This document shows, in pieces, positions 32,576-37,178 of a stretch of 37,178 bases of DNA. Made by a program: the position numbers and the translations under genes. The first letter of the stretch is position 1. Each line of letters begins with the position of its first letter. Source of the DNA: Pachysolen tannophilus NRRL Y-2460 (Eukaryota); contig KV454014.1 in the NCBI GenBank assembly GCA_001661245.1, positions 186,001 to 223,178 on the forward strand. The letters run 5' to 3'. The notes below the pieces were generated by a model. That model was given only the letters and a program-made list of their open reading frames with translations, was not told the origin of the DNA and did not search any database.

Positions 32576-35500
32576 TTAATGTAAAATTGCATCAACTTCT
32601 TTCTGATCTTCATCATAACCAACTGGTTTTTTTCTCTCTGGAAAATGCTTTGCTGTTTGGGTACTTCCAGTGCTACTTACAGAAAAAATTGCATTTTTAT
32701 CACTAGAACTACCGGAAATTGACGAACTTCTCTTATCTCTTTGGGTCATCAAAGATGGCAGAAAGGAGGAAGCTTCCCTCATTTCCAATAAATTATCTTC
32801 ACCATTATTACTAATATTATGATCATCATCATCATTACTATTATTATCCCTTGGAGGTAATGATGGAGGAACTGGCGCCATAGCTGTATTTTCCCTTGGT
32901 GGTAACTGAGGTGGTAATCCTGGACCATTTGTAGAATCAGTCAGAGAAATTGTATTATTTGTAGTTAACTCTATTCCACTTGAGTCTAGACCATAAGCAG
33001 TAGATACTTCGGGTGGGCGTTGATCCTGAGGCAAAGAGAACTTACTTCCTAGCAGGTTTGGAGTTTTGGGCAACACCATATCAGCCATTGGTTCATAAGT
33101 CGGAATTTTGTTAAACATTTGAGAAGACATGCGGCGCATATGTCTTTGATGATTACTTTCGGGACTCGAATTATCTATGGTTGGCTTTCTTTCAGGTAAA
33201 GAAGGTTTCCGTTCTCTTCTGTGGTGAATCATTTCCGGAGGATTATAAGAATTTTTTTTGGAACTGTCCTCTTTTGAGTCACTACCATTCGCATATTCAT
33301 CCAATCCTTCATTTCCTTCACCTTGTCCAAAAGAAATTCCATTGTTTGAAGAGGAAGAAAGTGGGATATCGCCTCCTCTACGCTTATTGTACCATTTACC
33401 CAATTTCCTAATTGACGACGAGATTTGCAGAGAAGTGTACTTCCTTGAAGGATCTAAGTTCGATAAAGTTTCTCCAGAATTTTCTGTATTACCACTACGC
33501 ATACTCAAATGTTTTTGAATACCACTTCTTTTTGATCCTTCTGAACTTTCCAGTTCAATGGACGACCCATCATTTTGACTAGTATCATTCAAAATATCTG
33601 ATTCATTGACTTGTATCTCCCTTTCAAATTCCAATTCTGGAAGACTTTCAGAGTTTTCAGTGTATTTATCATCTGAATGTGAAGTATCAGTATCAAAAGA
33701 TGATGACCCAACACGAGATGCTGTTTGAGCTTGTTTAGTCAAACTTTTAGTCGGAATCTTAATTGAAGATGGCTTCACAGACGTACCATTGATTACTTCT
33801 AAATTCTTTTTAGCTCTCAGTTTTATAGAACGGTCATGATCATGACTTGTGCCATTACTCACATTAGTACCACCTGTTGCAGTTTCCAAATCATTAGCAT
33901 GAATTTCATTTTCATCAGAGGTTATTCCAGAACCAAGATTGTTATATTTAGCAAGATCTTCTTTATTATTTGCAGAATTCTTGTACAGCCTATTAGATTT
34001 ATCCCAAATACCACCTCTGTAAATTTCACCTTCAGTACTACTAAAGGCAAAATCATCCATGTATGGTAAAACAAGACTTTCTCTTATTGCTTCTTTAAAC
34101 TTGTTGCTAATCATTTTTGTAATGACACCATAAGTTAATTGTCTTGAACTGACAATTGGTTCTATATCTAAATCTATCTGAGGCATTTTAGTAAAACCAT
34201 ACCATATTCTATTTGAAGGAGGCGGTTTTATTTTTATTAATAAATTACCAGAAACTTTCAATACCTTGACACGTAAAACTAAATTGACTTCTCTAGCTAT
34301 AAATCTCGAACCAAGATTAATAGTTGCCTTAGTAGAAATTTGGATTGATAATTCACCTTTGTACAAGAAATGTGACTCAACTTCTAAATCACCTTCAGGA
34401 GAAAGTTTCTGTAATCTAGGATGTGTGAAAAATGGAGCTTCATTTCCAACATCAATTTCTTGAATTTGAAAATCATCCAAAAAACCAGGTTTCTTTATCT
34501 TTGTCAATTTTTTTTCAATTCTTTGTTTAACTAAAAGATGAAATTCTTCTGTATCATGTAAAGATAAAAATAACCTTCCTATAATTGCGTTTAACCATTT
34601 TGTAGTTAGTTGTCCCTCTGAAGAATTCAAAGTTTGAATTAGAGTTAGCATATCTTTTGTTTTAAAATGTAAAGTTTTTGCATATAATGAAGGTTCTATT
34701 AAATCTTTTTCTGTAAAAGTTTTTGAATAATCATCATGTTTTAATGCTTTTATTAAATGGAAGTACCAGTCTTCCTTTTCATGATTTGTATCTGTATGAA
34801 TGAAAAAAGCGTCTTTTGGAGGTTCGTTATCATCACCTGAATTATTTAAAAAATCTAAAGTTGTCTTTCTTTTAAATTTTGACATTGATAATCCAAGAAT
34901 ATCAGTAGCTGTTGCTGAATGAGCAGTATTATCTTGGAAATCTTTCTTTAAAATACAAATAGCTGTTCTCTTTGTAAACAATTCACCATCTTTTAAATTT
35001 CTAGGCCATATTGCAACAACATTGTTTGATAAGACAATTACATTTTGAACATCTTTACATTCTTCGTCTTTATATAAAAATAAATTCCCATATTTTAAAA
35101 CTGCAAAATATCTATTTTTTTTCCTAATAGCTTTTAAATTCTTTGATGTTACATTAATATCTGAAGGTAATTGATCTCCTCCATTATTATCATTAGCACC
35201 AAAAGTACTGTTACCGTTACCAGTACCCGCATTTGCGTTTGCGTTTGCGTTTGCGTTCGCATTTGTATTGGCGCCGGCGCCCGCACCAGTATTAGCCGTT
35301 CCTGAACTGCTGCCCTTTATTAACTTTGAATATAGAGATGAATAAGTAGATGAAGTTTTTGCGGGTGCAATTTCATCTTGTCTTTCCTCATCATCATCTT
35401 TATTAATACCAGTTGTATACTGAGGTAATTGATAAAATTCTCTTGTTACAGTTAACCAACCTGAATAATATGCATCAACTCCTGAACTATTCGAATCTTC

Positions 35501-35707
35501 AAATTCACCAGCTTTTAAATCTTCATATTTAATATCTGAATGATCCTCATAATATTTATCCAATTCATTTTCAACTTCATTTTGTGAATTTAAATCAATT
35601 TTAGGTAAACTATAATTGAAATAAATAAGCAGAGATATAATAAGTAAAGGAATGAATGTTAAACCACCAATAATATATATCAATAAATAGAATAAAAAAA
35701 TATTCAT
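32576..35707 (-). CDS. NVJ2: Nucleus-vacuole junction lipid-transfer protein (TM + PH-like + SMP domain; TEX2 family)
   Basis: N-terminal TM (IYIIGGLTFIP), GWLTVTREF, YFAVLKYGNLFLY, SEGQLTTKWLNAIIGRLFL, IKPPPSNRIWYGF, ESLVLPYMDD; ATG at 35707. Confidence 0.93.
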   Translation of the reverse strand: MNIFLFYLLIYIIGGLTFIPLLIISLLIYFNYSLPKIDLNSQNEVENELDKYYEDHSDIKYEDLKAGEFEDSNSSGVDAYYSGWLTVTREFYQLPQYTTGINKDDDEERQDEIAPAKTSSTYSSLYSKLIKGSSSGTANTGAGAGANTNANANANANANAGTGNGNSTFGANDNNGGDQLPSDINVTSKNLKAIRKKNRYFAVLKYGNLFLYKDEECKDVQNVIVLSNNVVAIWPRNLKDGELFTKRTAICILKKDFQDNTAHSATATDILGLSMSKFKRKTTLDFLNNSGDDNEPPKDAFFIHTDTNHEKEDWYFHLIKALKHDDYSKTFTEKDLIEPSLYAKTLHFKTKDMLTLIQTLNSSEGQLTTKWLNAIIGRLFLSLHDTEEFHLLVKQRIEKKLTKIKKPGFLDDFQIQEIDVGNEAPFFTHPRLQKLSPEGDLEVESHFLYKGELSIQISTKATINLGSRFIAREVNLVLRVKVLKVSGNLLIKIKPPPSNRIWYGFTKMPQIDLDIEPIVSSRQLTYGVITKMISNKFKEAIRESLVLPYMDDFAFSSTEGEIYRGGIWDKSNRLYKNSANNKEDLAKYNNLGSGITSDENEIHANDLETATGGTNVSNGTSHDHDRSIKLRAKKNLEVINGTSVKPSSIKIPTKSLTKQAQTASRVGSSSFDTDTSHSDDKYTENSESLPELEFEREIQVNESDILNDTSQNDGSSIELESSEGSKRSGIQKHLSMRSGNTENSGETLSNLDPSRKYTSLQISSSIRKLGKWYNKRRGGDIPLSSSSNNGISFGQGEGNEGLDEYANGSDSKEDSSKKNSYNPPEMIHHRRERKPSLPERKPTIDNSSPESNHQRHMRRMSSQMFNKIPTYEPMADMVLPKTPNLLGSKFSLPQDQRPPEVSTAYGLDSSGIELTTNNTISLTDSTNGPGLPPQLPPRENTAMAPVPPSLPPRDNNSNDDDDHNISNNGEDNLLEMREASSFLPSLMTQRDKRSSSISGSSSDKNAIFSVSSTGSTQTAKHFPERKKPVGYDEDQKEVDAILH
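35233..35261. repeat. (TTGCGT)n hexamer repeat encoding an Asn-Ala run in NVJ2
   Basis: tttgcgtttgcgtttgcgtttgcgttcgc. Confidence 0.8.
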
Positions 35708-35997
35708 CACAAAAAACAAACAAACAAACAAACAAACAAATTTCAAAGCAAAATGAAAGAAAAAATAAATAATTATTTTTATTTTCACCCAATTATTTTA
35801 ATTCTTATTTTATCCACTAATACCAATAACATTGACAAGTTAATAATAAAATTAATACATTAATAACAAGACCGTTAATTGCTGTTTCAGCAATCAAAAT
35901 CAATTAAAAGATAAATTTAATATATCACAACAAAGTATTGCAACTACCTAAAACGGAACATTTGGTATCGGTGCACTACTGCTACTACTACTAGTTC

Positions 35998-36026
35998 TAT
36001 TATTATTATTATTATTATTATTATTA
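35998..36026. repeat. (TAT)n microsatellite
   Basis: tattattattattattattattattatta. Confidence 0.85.
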
Positions 36027-36087
36027 CATAAGATATACAGAGTCAACCTGATGGAATCAGCAACTTAAAAGTTCTTTGTGATTTTAT

Positions 36088-36846
36088 TCAAGATGATGAT
36101 TTTCGTACTGGAGAAATTTTTTCATCAGAGTTGGTATTTTTGGTCTTACTAGTACTATTATTGGTACTGGAATGATGATGATGACGATGACGATGACGAT
36201 GACTTTTGTGTGAATCATGTCTACTATCTTTCTTTGACACTTTGCTATTAGAATCTTTATCTGATTTTTTAAGTTGAGAACGAGACGTACTAGATTCTTG
36301 TCTCTTGAGAAATTCCAATCTTTTCATTTGTTCCAATTTTAACTTCATCATTGGATCATCACGGGCTTTGTTTAATGCATCTCTTTCACTTATTTGAAAT
36401 TCTTCTTCTTTTTGTTGTTGTTGTTCATCCGATTCAGATTTCAACTGTCCTACAGCTAGCGCTCTTGCTAACCTATCATTTTTATCATCTTTAGATTTGA
36501 TTTTAATTTTATCTTTATTTAATAATAAATTATCTATTCTTTTTTTACCCAAGAGATAATCTTCTTCTTCATCTAATATATTTGAACCATTACCATTTTG
36601 TTTTGTTGGATCATCATACATCCATTCAATTCTATCCTTAAGTAATTTTGTCTTTAAATGAGGATCATTTTTAATTTGTAAATCAATTAATTCTTTTCTT
36701 TCTTTTTCTTTTTCAAATTCTTTTTGTCTTTCTTTAATTTTTTTATGTTCTTGTAATGCATCTTGTTCCATTTGCCAGACTTTTGCCTGGTTTTTCATTA
36801 ATTTCGGAAACCATGATTTTTTCAAATTTAAATCACCAGGTGCCAT
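36088..36846 (-). CDS. CWC25: Pre-mRNA splicing factor Cwc25
   Basis: N-terminal GDLNLKKSW.P.LMKNQAKVW..EQ, IEWMY, EDYLLGKKRID, DDPM; ATG at 36846. Confidence 0.92.
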   Translation of the reverse strand: MAPGDLNLKKSWFPKLMKNQAKVWQMEQDALQEHKKIKERQKEFEKEKERKELIDLQIKNDPHLKTKLLKDRIEWMYDDPTKQNGNGSNILDEEEDYLLGKKRIDNLLLNKDKIKIKSKDDKNDRLARALAVGQLKSESDEQQQQKEEEFQISERDALNKARDDPMMKLKLEQMKRLEFLKRQESSTSRSQLKKSDKDSNSKVSKKDSRHDSHKSHRHRHRHHHHSSTNNSTSKTKNTNSDEKISPVRKSSS

Positions 36847-37178
36847 GATCAATCAATAATAATTATTATTTTAAACTTGTATATGATAATTAATTATAAT
36901 ACATTAATAGAAATAAATTAAAATATATAAAAAAAAAAAGGGTCGTGAATAAATAGGATTTAGATTGAAAGTAAAATTAAATTTTTTTTTCTTATATAAT
37001 AATTCCTACGAAATATTAAGTGATAGAATATAGATTGAACGCTAATGAAACTAGATAAAATAAAATGCATTACCCTAAAAGATCAAATTTATAATTCAAT
37101 GCAATCAGAGAGCAGCTAAAAATAAAAACTAAAAAAAAAGAAAAGAAAAACTAAAAAAAAAAAAAAAAANAAAAAAAA

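Noticed and set aside
37108..37178. Terminal A-rich tract as a telomere or retro-element poly(A) tail
   Set aside because: No telomeric repeat unit or target-site duplication; contains an N, consistent with a low-quality contig end
1..37178. CUG-Ser (Candida-type) code
   Set aside because: The best-conserved CTG sites (PRMT5 YAVEKN, Fol1 KAIR, Jen YPWAF) fit Ala; only Fol1 TI[CTG]TM is suggestive of Ser
1..37178. tRNA, rRNA, CRISPR arrays, transposons
   Set aside because: No tRNA A/B-box cloverleaf, rRNA similarity, repeat-spacer array, LTR pair or transposase seen; small snoRNAs cannot be excluded by eye

Overview
Gene-dense, very AT-rich eukaryotic chromosomal segment from a budding yeast (Saccharomycotina), running into an A-rich tract with an N at its right end (probably a contig end). 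It has 14 recognisable housekeeping genes: TGL2, COQ6, FOL1, GIS2, RTC4, TEX1, SSQ1, TYE7, a JEN-family carboxylate transporter, HSL7, CKS1, MEC1, NVJ2 and CWC25. There is also one orphan ORF and a possible gene relic. Main observations: (1) in-frame CTG codons fall at positions that are Ala in homologues (e.g. Hsl7 IY[CTG]VEKNPNA, Fol1 VK[CTG]IR, Jen YPW[CTG]F), pointing to the CUG-Ala code of the Pachysolen tannophilus clade, so the supplied ORF track mistranslates CTG. (2) Short spliceosomal introns occur in CKS1 and MEC1, and possibly FOL1, with AACTAAC branch points and a GTGCGT donor. (3) MEC1 and the orphan ORF are each broken by a -1 frameshift at an A-run; homopolymer under-calls are most likely, but both sites are slippery heptamers. 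(4) FOL1 has an ATG-less, CTG-rich, presequence-like N-terminal extension. (5) A structured CCGAGG/palindrome cluster lies upstream of GIS2. No tRNA, rRNA, transposon or CRISPR was detected. Homologue comparisons are from memory of the protein families, not from database searches.
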